DNA of 64,000 bases from NCBI GenBank assembly GCA_977020255.1, contig CDROCS010002469.1, positions 248,001-312,000 on the forward strand, written 5' to 3'. The position numbers and the translations under genes are program-made. The notes under the pieces are model-generated. The model did no database searches. It was not told the origin of the DNA and worked only from the letters and a program-made list of their open reading frames with translations. Origin of the DNA: Obrimoposthia wandeli. Lineage: Eukaryota. The stretch's first letter is position 1; every line of letters starts with the position of its first letter. Below, piece by piece: positions 9,963 to 20,115 of this stretch.

Positions 9963-12900
9963 GTGGTGACTATTGTGACAAAACTTCCTTTCAGCATACC
10001 TAGCAAAAACGGCGATACTAAATGGCTCGGGAACGTCGAGGGCGCAAGCGCTGGTTGGGTCATTGCCCAAGCCGCCAGCAATCAACAAGGTTTAACGGTT
10101 GTTATTTGTCGTGATACCAACAGTGCACTCACATTAGAGAGCGAAATTAATTTTTTTGCACCTAATAGCCAACTACAAATATTACCTTTTCCCGATTGGG
10201 AAACGCTCCCTTACGATAATTTCTCGCCTCATCAGGATATTATCTCTAGCCGACTAACCACGTTGCAGCAATTGCCATTGGTCAAACAAGGCATTTTAAT
10301 TGTGCCTGTCAGTACCTTTATGCATCGCATCGTTCCATACTCATTTTTAGTGGCGAACACACTATTACTTGATCGCGGCCAATCAATTGATATTGATAGA
10401 CTACGCAACCAATTAGTCCAAGCAGGTTATAGAGCGGTAGATAACGTCTTTTCACATGGCGAATTTGCTTTTCGTGGCTCTATTATTGATCTGTTCCCAA
10501 TGGGCAGCAGCTCTCCTTATCGTATTGATTTATTTGATGACGAAATCGATAGTCTACGTACTTTTGATCCAGAATCACAACGCTCTATTGAGCAAATAGA
10601 TCAAATAAAACTATTGCCCGCAAGAGAGTTCCCGTTAACAGCTACCGCAATACGCTTGTTTAAGTCGCAATGGCGAGAGAATTTCGAAGTTTCACCTAAA
10701 AAATGCCCTACCTATCAAGATGTAAGTAATGGTTTTGCCCCTGCGGGTATTGAGTATTATCTACCGCTATTTTTTGAAGAAACCAGCACCTTATTTGACT
10801 ACTTACCTGAAGATACGCTAATTATCAGCGAGGGAGCGCTAGAAAGTAAATGCCACGATTTTTGGCAAGATGTTTACTTACGTTTCGAAGAGCGCCGCCA
10901 CGATATAGAACGGCCAATTTTAGAGCCGAATAAGCTGTTTTTAAACAGCAACGAATGTATGCGTTTGCTAAAGCCTTTTCGTAAATTACAGTACTCTAGC
11001 GAGCCCGTTACCGGCACTGGGCGTACTAATTTAACCTGCAACATACCTGTGAAATTAAGTGTTGACGCGCAAAGTAGCCAACCCTTGAAAGCATTAGAGC
11101 AACATATTGCAAGCAACAAAAAAAGCCGCTTTCTATTTTGCGCAGAATCAGCTGGGCGCAGAGAAGCCTTAGTTGAACTATTAGCGCGTATCAAAATCAA
11201 CCCGGTATTAATCGATGATTGGCAGCAATTTGTTGCTGATGATAGCCGGTTCTCGATTAGCATTTTCCCTTTAAGCCGCGGGCTCAGTATTGAGAAAAAA
11301 TGGGAAGTTGTTAGTGAATCACAACTATTTGGCCATCAAGTATTTCAACAGCGTCGTCGTACAAAAGATAAAAACCAATCTGATTTAGTAGTACGCAACC
11401 TAACAGAATTACAGATCAACTCTCCCGTGGTGCATTTAGATCACGGTGTAGGGCGCTATTTAGGGCTAGAAACCATTACGATTGATGATCAAAGTAATGA
11501 GTTTGTAAAGTTGTGTTATGCCAATGATGCATCTCTTTATGTACCCGTTGCTAACTTGCATTTAATCAGCCGCTACACTGGCACTAGTGATGAACTGGCC
11601 CCTTTACACCGCTTAGGTACGGAGCAATGGAGCAAAGCAAGGCAAAAAGCGGCGGAAAAAATTCGTGATACCGCCGCTGAATTACTCAGTATTTATGCCA
11701 GGCGCGCAGCACGCAAAGGTTTCGCTTTCGCACCACCTGATTCTGAATATCAGCGCTTTAGCGCTAGCTTCCCCTTTGAAGAAACCCCTGATCAAAGCTT
11801 GGCTATTGAATCCGTTATTCGCGATATGAATGCAATACAACCCATGGACCGTTTGATCTGTGGCGATGTAGGCTTTGGTAAAACAGAGGTGGCGATGCGC
11901 GCCGCTTTCATCGCCGTACAATCAGCTAAACAAGTCGCTATTCTAGTACCTACTACTTTATTAGCGCAGCAGCACTATGAAAACTTTAGTGATCGCTTTG
12001 CTGACTCGGCAGTGAATATCGATCTTATTTCACGCTTTAAAACCACTAAACAACAAACGGCAACTTTAGCGCAGTTACAAAATGGCAATGTCGACATCAT
12101 TATCGGTACTCATAAGCTGATTCAAGACGATGTTAAGTTCAAAGAACTGGGCCTGGTTATTATTGATGAAGAACACCGTTTTGGCGTACAACAAAAAGAG
12201 CGTTTAAAGTCAATGCGCTCAGAAGTTGATATTCTCACCATGACGGCCACCCCAATTCCGCGTACCTTAAATATGGCGATGGCGGGCATGAGAGATTTAT
12301 CGATCATTGCAACTCCACCAGCTAAGCGCTTATCCGTTAATACTTTTGTGCGTGAATCGGAACCTGCGATCATCAAAGAAGCGATATTACGTGAACTATT
12401 ACGTGGCGGACAAGTTTACATTCTACACAATGAAGTTAAAACGATTGATAAGGTCGCAAGAGAACTTAGCGAGTTAGTACCCGAAGCACGTATCGGTATC
12501 GGACATGGTCAAATGCGAGAACGCCAGTTAGAGCAGGTGATGTCAGACTTTTACCACAAGCGCTTTAACGTGCTTTTGTGTACCACTATCATTGAAACGG
12601 GTATTGATGTCCCCAACGCAAACACTATCATTATTGAAAGAGCTGACAAGTTCGGCTTAGCACAACTACACCAGTTAAGAGGCCGTGTTGGGCGCTCTCA
12701 TCATCAAGCTTATGCTTATTTACTCACACCCCACATTAAATCTGTAAGCAAGGATGCTAAGAAGCGATTAGAAGCGATAGAGCAAGCCACCGATTTAGGC
12801 GCAGGCTTCACATTAGCCAGCCATGATTTAGAAATACGCGGTGCCGGTGAGTTATTGGGCGAAGAACAAAGTGGTCAAATTCAAGGCATTGGCTTTACTT

Positions 12901-13424
12901 TGTATATGGAGATGTTAGAGCAAGCTATTGATGCGATTCGTGACGGCAAAACACCAAACTTAGACAAACCATTACATTTTGGCTCTGAAGTTAACTTGCA
13001 TTTACCTGCACTTATACCAGATGAGTACCTCCCAGATGTTCACAGCCGTTTAGTCATGTATAAGCGTATCGCTAGTAGTAAAAATGATACCGACCTAAAA
13101 GAGTTGCAAATAGAAATGATTGATCGATTTGGGTTATTACCCGATTCGACAAAAAATCTGTTTCGAGTTACTCAATTAAAGCATCGCGCCAGTGCGCTAG
13201 ATATTATTAAAATAGATGCAGGTGTTGGCAACGGAAGATTTGATTTTGGCAGCGATCCAAAAATAGATCCTATGGTATTGGTCACCCTAGTGCAAAAACA
13301 AGCCACACGCTATAAATTGGTTGGGGCTAGCCAGCTTAAATTTGTCTTGCCTATGGCTTCTCCTGAAGAGCGGTTTCTGGCAGTAGAAGGCTTATTAACG
13401 ACTTTAGCGAAAGGGAATAAATAG
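9963..13424 (+). CDS. mfd: Transcription-repair coupling factor
   Basis: 1153 aa; FPDWETLPYD, VVHLDHGVGRY, CGDVGFGKTEVAMRAAF, IIDEEHRFGV, QLRGRVGRS, DLEIRGAGELLG. Confidence 0.98.
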   Translation: MVTIVTKLPFSIPSKNGDTKWLGNVEGASAGWVIAQAASNQQGLTVVICRDTNSALTLESEINFFAPNSQLQILPFPDWETLPYDNFSPHQDIISSRLTTLQQLPLVKQGILIVPVSTFMHRIVPYSFLVANTLLLDRGQSIDIDRLRNQLVQAGYRAVDNVFSHGEFAFRGSIIDLFPMGSSSPYRIDLFDDEIDSLRTFDPESQRSIEQIDQIKLLPAREFPLTATAIRLFKSQWRENFEVSPKKCPTYQDVSNGFAPAGIEYYLPLFFEETSTLFDYLPEDTLIISEGALESKCHDFWQDVYLRFEERRHDIERPILEPNKLFLNSNECMRLLKPFRKLQYSSEPVTGTGRTNLTCNIPVKLSVDAQSSQPLKALEQHIASNKKSRFLFCAESAGRREALVELLARIKINPVLIDDWQQFVADDSRFSISIFPLSRGLSIEKKWEVVSESQLFGHQVFQQRRRTKDKNQSDLVVRNLTELQINSPVVHLDHGVGRYLGLETITIDDQSNEFVKLCYANDASLYVPVANLHLISRYTGTSDELAPLHRLGTEQWSKARQKAAEKIRDTAAELLSIYARRAARKGFAFAPPDSEYQRFSASFPFEETPDQSLAIESVIRDMNAIQPMDRLICGDVGFGKTEVAMRAAFIAVQSAKQVAILVPTTLLAQQHYENFSDRFADSAVNIDLISRFKTTKQQTATLAQLQNGNVDIIIGTHKLIQDDVKFKELGLVIIDEEHRFGVQQKERLKSMRSEVDILTMTATPIPRTLNMAMAGMRDLSIIATPPAKRLSVNTFVRESEPAIIKEAILRELLRGGQVYILHNEVKTIDKVARELSELVPEARIGIGHGQMRERQLEQVMSDFYHKRFNVLLCTTIIETGIDVPNANTIIIERADKFGLAQLHQLRGRVGRSHHQAYAYLLTPHIKSVSKDAKKRLEAIEQATDLGAGFTLASHDLEIRGAGELLGEEQSGQIQGIGFTLYMEMLEQAIDAIRDGKTPNLDKPLHFGSEVNLHLPALIPDEYLPDVHSRLVMYKRIASSKNDTDLKELQIEMIDRFGLLPDSTKNLFRVTQLKHRASALDIIKIDAGVGNGRFDFGSDPKIDPMVLVTLVQKQATRYKLVGASQLKFVLPMASPEERFLAVEGLLTTLAKGNK

Positions 13425-13530
13425 AAGGTTTTTCGTATTGTAATCCTTGCCTTAAATGCTTTTAAAGCAAGGATTACAATAATTAAAAACGGCAATAAAT
13501 ATCACACATAGCTCTAAATTTAATCCCTCC

Positions 13531-14085
13531 CTAGAGAGATTTATTGATTTGCCGCACAAGCTTAGACAGCACTAGGCGCATTTGCTTAACAGCGTGCTCA
13601 TAGCCATCTAATGTAAGCTCTGTTTTTAATAAGAAATTGTGTCGCTCCGTTTGTTTATCTTGCCGATTAATCACAAATTCACCCGCTAATACCACTTCTC
13701 CGGTGGTGGTCGGATAAAAATGATCTAATCTAACCGCAACACTATCACAGGTTTTACAACGCCCTGTGAAATTATACTTGCGGCTACTTTGATTCAGCTC
13801 TCGCATTAACACACGCCGTATAGCGCTGCCTAAATCATCAGCCCAACTATGATAATACGCCACATGTAACTTTTGGCTAGAATCACGTAAAACAAGGCTA
13901 GGCTGGCTCAAATAATCAGGTAGTTCAATTACCTCTATCGCGATAGTCGGCTGTTGTGGCTTATTTTTAATCGCCAGCGGCTTAGCATCTAATACATAGT
14001 AAGTAACCGGCTGCTCTGTTTCAATTACAGAACAGCCGCCTAAAAAGAGTAACGCACTGGCTACCAGCAAAGCTCTGACAATCAT
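13531..14085 (-). CDS. pqiC: PqiC-type outer-membrane lipoprotein
   Basis: Lipobox LGGC, YYVL, LPDYL, WADDL; last gene of the pqi operon. Confidence 0.85.
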   Translation of the reverse strand: MIVRALLVASALLFLGGCSVIETEQPVTYYVLDAKPLAIKNKPQQPTIAIEVIELPDYLSQPSLVLRDSSQKLHVAYYHSWADDLGSAIRRVLMRELNQSSRKYNFTGRCKTCDSVAVRLDHFYPTTTGEVVLAGEFVINRQDKQTERHNFLLKTELTLDGYEHAVKQMRLVLSKLVRQINKSL

Positions 14086-15776
14086 TATTTTTTCCTCGGC
14101 TGCAAATCTGCGCCACGCGGGGTGCCAAAAATTAAGGTATTTGGATTATTACTGATTTTTTTCAACATAGGCTGTAAGGAATCTAATGTCTTTTGCAATT
14201 TAAACATGGTCTTTTCAATGCCGCGATAAGCATTCGAATCAGGCTGTAGACCTTTTAAGGTTTTTTGCAGTTCCAGCATACTGGTATTTAAATTACGCGA
14301 TAGCTGCTGAGTTTCACTACTTTTCAACAAGCGATTGAGCTGCAACACTGAGCTGCGTAATGATTTAAGTGTTTTGCCAGCGGTGATTAACGTATCGCTG
14401 GTACTTTTCGCCAACTCATCTAAAGGCAGTTTGTTAAAACTATCTAACATTTCCTCAAAATCATCTTGGATTTTAGCCAAACCTTCGCGCGTGCTAGGGA
14501 TTAGAATATAAGGCCCGAAAGTATTCAGCGCCTCAACTGACTCACCATTAAAATCTAAATTAATCAATAAACTGCCGGTTAATAAATTGGCGTTTTCTAT
14601 ATTTGCTGTCAAACCTTGCTTAATGTTTTTCTTGAACATCTCATTAAACTCAAGCACTTCTTGTTCACTACTTTGACCTAACAAGCGCTGCGGTTCGATA
14701 TTTATTAACAAAGGAATTCGTTTAGTCTCTTCACTATTTTCAATTTTAAATTTTTCAACTTGCTTAGGTGTAATATAAGGCGAAACCACGGTGCCTACTC
14801 TAATACCTCTATATTCCACCGGTGCGCCTTTATATAAACCTCTAACAGAATCATCCACTAAAATAGCGTATTCAAAAGATTGGTACTCACGATTTTCAAT
14901 GATATCTTGCTCAGAATCATACAATTTAAATTTGCGGCTTTTCATAACCTGCTCACCCAAGACAAGATCTTCAGGTATATCAAACTGCACTCCACCAGAA
15001 ATTAGCGTCTCTAGCGTCGCGATATTTAACTTAAAACCTTGTGCATCACTTTGCAATGAAATGCCACCTACATTCCAAAAATGACTATTGCTTGTGACCA
15101 ATGAATCGTAAGGAGCCTCTATAAAAATATCATATTTCGCCTGCCTTTCTTGGGTATCGAAAGAGTATGTTTGGATACGCCCAACACTAAAACCACGATA
15201 GATAATAGGATCTCCAACAGAGAGCCCCGTACCCCGTTTGGAAAACAAAGTAAGATGCAAGCCCGCTGCATCAGGCTCTGTAATAGGTGGCCTTTCCAAA
15301 CCTACAAACTTATTGGCTGATTTAGTAAAGGTACCTGGATACACTTCAATATAAGCACCAGACAGTATCGTACCTATGCCGCTAATTCCGTTGGTGCCGA
15401 TACGCGGCTTAACTATCCAAAACTGGCTATCAGTGCGCAAAAAGTCTTCCATCGACTTATCAATTTCTATACTGGCAATAATACGGGTTCTATCTTGATT
15501 AAAACTAACTTTTGTCAGTAAACCAATATCAACATTGCGACTTTTAACTTTCGTTTTACCCGCTTCTAGACCTTCAGCATCATCGAAAGATACCGTCATT
15601 TCAATACCGCGATTTTGCCACTGCTGATAAAACATCCAACTACCAATAGCGATAGCAAGTAAAGGAATAAACCAAATGATTGAGATACCGCTTTTGCGCT
15701 TTTCGATAGGCGCGACAGCACCAAACGTAGCCGATATATCAGTACTGTTTGTGCTAGAGGATGTTTCGTTTGTCAT
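14085..15776 (-). CDS. pqiB: MCE-domain intermembrane transport protein PqiB
   Basis: SIIWFIPLLA, AEGLEAGKTKVK, FWIVKPRIG, GLYKGAPVEYRGIRVG; three MCE-like repeats. Confidence 0.95.
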   Translation of the reverse strand: MTNETSSSTNSTDISATFGAVAPIEKRKSGISIIWFIPLLAIAIGSWMFYQQWQNRGIEMTVSFDDAEGLEAGKTKVKSRNVDIGLLTKVSFNQDRTRIIASIEIDKSMEDFLRTDSQFWIVKPRIGTNGISGIGTILSGAYIEVYPGTFTKSANKFVGLERPPITEPDAAGLHLTLFSKRGTGLSVGDPIIYRGFSVGRIQTYSFDTQERQAKYDIFIEAPYDSLVTSNSHFWNVGGISLQSDAQGFKLNIATLETLISGGVQFDIPEDLVLGEQVMKSRKFKLYDSEQDIIENREYQSFEYAILVDDSVRGLYKGAPVEYRGIRVGTVVSPYITPKQVEKFKIENSEETKRIPLLINIEPQRLLGQSSEQEVLEFNEMFKKNIKQGLTANIENANLLTGSLLINLDFNGESVEALNTFGPYILIPSTREGLAKIQDDFEEMLDSFNKLPLDELAKSTSDTLITAGKTLKSLRSSVLQLNRLLKSSETQQLSRNLNTSMLELQKTLKGLQPDSNAYRGIEKTMFKLQKTLDSLQPMLKKISNNPNTLIFGTPRGADLQPRKK

Positions 15777-15779
15777 ATG

Positions 15780-16442
15780 CTACCGCGCCTTATCCCATAA
15801 TAATCGAGAATCAAAACACTGCGCCGAACACATTGTCAAAATCACAACGATTGCAAAAGAAGCGGCAGCGATACCCGGTGTAATTGTCATTAAATTACCT
15901 AATTGAATAAGCGCCACTAAAATAGCCACTACAAATACATCAATCATCGACCATTTACCAATAAATTCAGTTAATGCATATAACTTAGTAAGCTCATGCT
16001 GCTTGATTGGTTTGTTCGATATCACACTGCGACACAACCAATAAATGGCTAGCATCTTTGTAATTGGAATGATGATACTTGCGATAAAAATAACCGCGGC
16101 AACAAAATACGCCCCTTCCTCTAAAAAGAGCAATACTCCAGATATAATACTATTATCTAAAGTGACTCCTAGTACTTGGGTTTGCATAATAGGATATAAA
16201 TTGGCAGGAATATAAAAAATAACGGAAGCAATTAACAGTGCCAGCGTTTTTTGCACACTATGCTTGATACGCATCGAGAGTTTATTACCGCAATCCACAC
16301 AATACTCTTCACAACTATCACTAAGGCTATGGCAAACATTGCAACCCACTAGACCATTTGCAGCGGCAGAACCTTCAGAGTAGAGGTTTCCCCACTCTTC
16401 TTGCGGCTTTTTTAGTGCAGGTGATGATTTTCTATCTAGCAT
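15780..16442 (-). CDS. pqiA: PqiA family protein (C-terminal-half type)
   Basis: CNVC...CVDC Zn ribbon, IFYIPANLYPIM, IGKWSMIDVFVVAILVALI, FDSRLLWD. Confidence 0.92.
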   Translation of the reverse strand: MLDRKSSPALKKPQEEWGNLYSEGSAAANGLVGCNVCHSLSDSCEEYCVDCGNKLSMRIKHSVQKTLALLIASVIFYIPANLYPIMQTQVLGVTLDNSIISGVLLFLEEGAYFVAAVIFIASIIIPITKMLAIYWLCRSVISNKPIKQHELTKLYALTEFIGKWSMIDVFVVAILVALIQLGNLMTITPGIAAASFAIVVILTMCSAQCFDSRLLWDKAR

Positions 16443-17037
16443 TATTTATCCATCGCCATAATTTAAATTGATCAACCAAATAAAGTAGATAGCTAAATTG
16501 CAAAACAAACAAAATATAGGCCCAAAATGATAACCCAAACGATAAATTTGCTAAAGACCACATCTTAATCAGCGCCACTAACACCCCTATTAGAAAAACA
16601 TCGACCATTAACCAAGGTACCAACCTTTTAATCAATATAGCAACATAAGCTAAACGCTGCCCTTTTATGCCAAACTTTAAAGGTATTAACACCCGCAACA
16701 ATAATACTAAATACAATAGTGGGCATACTAAAGTAAGCAACAGCACCAGTGCTGCTAAAAAGTAATAATCCTGATTATATAATACTAAGGTTGCTTGAAT
16801 TAAAGAAATTTCACGGCTTTGGGCGTTGACTTCAAATGCGATAAAAACAAAATTATAAGAAAGAGCTAATGTCATTAAACTACTAAAAACGATAGCTAAG
16901 GCATAACCAAGGGCATTTGTATGTCCTCGTGTAATGGTATGTAAACACCTAGGACAACACCACTTATTATGTTTACCAATTTGGCTCGGTAATTGAATAA
17001 GAAGATCACAGCCACTACAGGCGATTTTTTTATTCAT
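16432..17037 (-). CDS. pqiA: PqiA family protein (N-terminal-half type)
   Basis: CSGCDLL...CPRC, WLMVDVFLIGVLVALIKM; overlaps the next pqiA half. Confidence 0.9.
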   Translation of the reverse strand: MNKKIACSGCDLLIQLPSQIGKHNKWCCPRCLHTITRGHTNALGYALAIVFSSLMTLALSYNFVFIAFEVNAQSREISLIQATLVLYNQDYYFLAALVLLLTLVCPLLYLVLLLRVLIPLKFGIKGQRLAYVAILIKRLVPWLMVDVFLIGVLVALIKMWSLANLSFGLSFWAYILFVLQFSYLLYLVDQFKLWRWINNAR

Positions 17038-17296
17038 TCAATTCAACACCTCAAGCCGTTGTGAAAACCTCACACCAATGCGCACTTTACCATTAATGTT
17101 GTTAGAAGGGGTAAACACCATTAAATCTAGTGGCTTAAATAACTTTTCCTTTTCACATGGTAGTACGCATTGATGGCATAACTTTAAGACCACTCAACCC
17201 TAAAAGCGAAAGATATTTAGTTTTGTATCTTTCACCTCTATCATTGACTTGTTTTCTATTCCCTACTGCTGCCATAACTTACCATTCCTAGCAACG

Positions 17297-18484
17297 TTAC
17301 CGACAAATGCGATTACGCCCTTGCTCTTTCGCTTTATACAATGCTATGTCAGCTGCTTTAAGTGGGCTAGTTTTCGTTCTAGTGGTAGCTACTCCACCAC
17401 TAATGGTAACAGATACTGTTTCGCCATTACCGCCGACGCCACGCTGATTACGCCCTTTTTTATTATTCTTAGTACGTTTTTTAGCACGCACTCTTAAAGT
17501 AGCCTGCTCTACTGCTAAGCGCACTTGCTCAAGGGATTCTTCTGCCATCTCTGTATCAATGGTCGGAAACAAAATACAAAACTCTTCTCCTCCATAGCGA
17601 TATGCCGTGCCACCTTTCACTTGGTTGATTTTCTGTGCCACCATACGCAATACTTGATCACCCACATCATGGCCATGTGTATCATTGAATTTCTTGAAAA
17701 AATCAATATCGAGCATGGCCGCCGTATAGTTTTTACCCAGCTTTACCATGCGCTCGTTTAGTGCTCTTCGCCCTGGAATCCCCGTTAGCTCATCGATATA
17801 AGCCATACTTAAAGAGCGTTTAAATAAGGCCATCACCAGCAACAACTGATTTAAAGCAACTAGTAAACTGAGCTCTATTTCATTCGCTGGTGGGAAAACT
17901 AACAACCAAGCTGAAAACACTAAACTGATTAACAAATAAGCATCAATTAATAAAGTTTGTACGAATAACTTAATCACTAAGTACAAAAAGCAAACACTAA
18001 ACACGGCCAGTGCCGGTATCGAAACGTTAATGCCCTGCACTGCAATATGCGGCCAATTGATAAGCTGATGAAATTCATCTGCTTTGAAAACGTAAGCTAC
18101 TGCTAGCAGCCCAGGTTGCCCAAAAATAAGCACGATGCGAAACAGCCCAGTAATACTGTATGTGCCGCGCTCTTTATAGAAAGCAATGAGCAACATATTA
18201 AGTGACATTAAGACCAGTGCTAATTGAATATAATGTGGGTTGGCAAAATCAAGCTTCAAAAACGTCCACACGGAAAGACTAACTAAACCGGCAAACAAAA
18301 TACGGCTGAAGTTAAAAAAACCAACAATTACAAATAGTAACCCACTGATAGCCAATGGTACCCAAGGAATAAAGTACTGCCACTGTTGTGGGATTAAATG
18401 ACTAAAAGGAAGTGAGTAAATAGCAGCGGCTATAAAAAGTATTGGCAAAAATAGTAAATTAATGGGCCTTATAAAATCAGACAC
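17297..18484 (-). CDS. Membrane-bound diguanylate cyclase (GGDEF)
   Basis: Multi-TM N-terminus; DELTGIPGRR, MLDIDFFKKFNDTHGH, RYGGEEF, ADIALYKAKEQGRN. Confidence 0.93.
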   Translation of the reverse strand: MSDFIRPINLLFLPILFIAAAIYSLPFSHLIPQQWQYFIPWVPLAISGLLFVIVGFFNFSRILFAGLVSLSVWTFLKLDFANPHYIQLALVLMSLNMLLIAFYKERGTYSITGLFRIVLIFGQPGLLAVAYVFKADEFHQLINWPHIAVQGINVSIPALAVFSVCFLYLVIKLFVQTLLIDAYLLISLVFSAWLLVFPPANEIELSLLVALNQLLLVMALFKRSLSMAYIDELTGIPGRRALNERMVKLGKNYTAAMLDIDFFKKFNDTHGHDVGDQVLRMVAQKINQVKGGTAYRYGGEEFCILFPTIDTEMAEESLEQVRLAVEQATLRVRAKKRTKNNKKGRNQRGVGGNGETVSVTISGGVATTRTKTSPLKAADIALYKAKEQGRNRICR

Positions 18485-18628
18485 AGATTTTCCTTTTTAA
18501 ATTTATAATTAGCAAATATCAAGAACACTTTTAATGTCCTAAAATTAATTTTGTATAAGAAAACAGTACGGCATTTAAACTGCCGCTTATTTTATGTAAT
18601 TGCTGCATAAGAGGCCAGTTAAACTCCT

Positions 18629-19612
18629 CTAAAATCGAGCTTTATCTCTTGATTCCCAGATACTTTTAGCTTTTAACTGCGCTTCGTTTATCTCACTACT
18701 TTCACCTAATAAAACCAGCGTAGCAGCTAAAGTACTGATAACGGCGCCTTCCCCATAAAGATGAGTAATATCACCTCGCCAAAGCTGTACCAGGTTCTTT
18801 ACTTCTAACTCACTAGCTTTAACTTCGCGCTTTTCATAAATGCGCGGCCAAGTTTGCTCTGACAGCTGCTTATTTTTAATCCAACGGATTTCACAATCTG
18901 CATCGGGCCGTATCTCGGCCTCACCCCCATCACCGCGTATGGTCAAACTGTTTTCAACGTTTAATAACGCGTTAGTGTGCTGATGCATTGGCGCGTAAGC
19001 TGGATGAAACACGCCATCAACACAATGTTGACTGTGTAGTGGGTTTAACATTCGACACAAAGTATGAACAGGAGAGCGCAAACCAAAAATAGCGCGCATG
19101 TCTATAATCTCGCCAACTTTGGGCGCTAGCGTATTGATTCCCATAAATGCAAAATTGTGTGTATCTAACTGCGCACTCACTTGTGACCAATCGGCACAAC
19201 TCGCTATCGGAAATAGCGCTAATACATCTTGAATGTAGATACGCCCCGCAGTGTGCCCTTTTGCCCCATGCATAAAAACTCTATGGCCGTTTTCAGCTAA
19301 CAGTAATGCCGTGAGCAAAAACCAAGGTAACTGGCGCTTTTTACCTGCATAAGTTGACCAATCTAATGAAACGGCTATGTTAGTCGGTGCTGGGTTCCTC
19401 TCTCTTACAGCGGTTACAAACCCAGCTAACTCTTCAGGTGATTCTTCTTTAACTCTAAGTAGCATCAAAAATGCACCTAACTGCTCAGCCCTTACTTTAT
19501 CATCTAAAATAAGCCCCATTGCATCACGTGCTTCTTCAAAGGTTAATGACCTTGAGCCTTTTTTCCCTTTTCCGAGAATTCTTACATATTGAGCAAAAGG
19601 ATGTTCTTGCAC
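18629..19612 (-). CDS. YbiB-like glycosyltransferase family 3 (anthranilate-PRT-like) protein
   Basis: HPFAQYVRILGKGKKGSRSLT, QLGAFLMLLRVKEE, LDWSTYAGKKR, GDGGEAE. Confidence 0.85.
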   Translation of the reverse strand: MQEHPFAQYVRILGKGKKGSRSLTFEEARDAMGLILDDKVRAEQLGAFLMLLRVKEESPEELAGFVTAVRERNPAPTNIAVSLDWSTYAGKKRQLPWFLLTALLLAENGHRVFMHGAKGHTAGRIYIQDVLALFPIASCADWSQVSAQLDTHNFAFMGINTLAPKVGEIIDMRAIFGLRSPVHTLCRMLNPLHSQHCVDGVFHPAYAPMHQHTNALLNVENSLTIRGDGGEAEIRPDADCEIRWIKNKQLSEQTWPRIYEKREVKASELEVKNLVQLWRGDITHLYGEGAVISTLAATLVLLGESSEINEAQLKAKSIWESRDKARF

Positions 19613-19859
19613 TTAAATCACCTATCCAAACACTAATGTAAATAATGATAAAAAATTAGCATCGTCTGTTGCAATAAACATCATTATTAAAAAATATCGC
19701 CATGATAAGCAGCCTAGAATTTTAAAGCAAATATATAGAGTTTTTTGTACTCGTTAGCACGAATATGTAGCGTAAAGCAGTGAAAGGTAGCAAAACTAAG
19801 CTGTCAAAATGATAATCTGATAATTTTTTGAAGAAACTAGCCAATTGTTTGTTAGTATT

Positions 19860-20011
19860 CATTTGTGTCCAGTTTAATTTTATTGTTCTCTAACTCATTG
19901 ATTTTACGTTAACGACAAGTGTCACTTCGCTGAGTGATATCTAATTAGCGACGATAGAAAATCACAAATCAATGAACTAAAGGGCTTACTTTTTTTAACC
20001 CGTCAGTAATG
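19860..20011 (-). repeat. Diverged full copy of family A element
   Basis: CATT...TAACTCATTGATTTTACGTT...CACAAATCAATGAAC...CAGTAATG; reverse orientation relative to 7077-7227. Confidence 0.8.
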
Positions 20012-20115
20012 ATTAGTATTACCTAAATTTGACTGTGACCTGCCCATAACAACAGGTATAATTGGCGTCATTAACTTAGATTCTGCTCTTAGCACCCCAC
20101 ACAGGCAAACACTTC

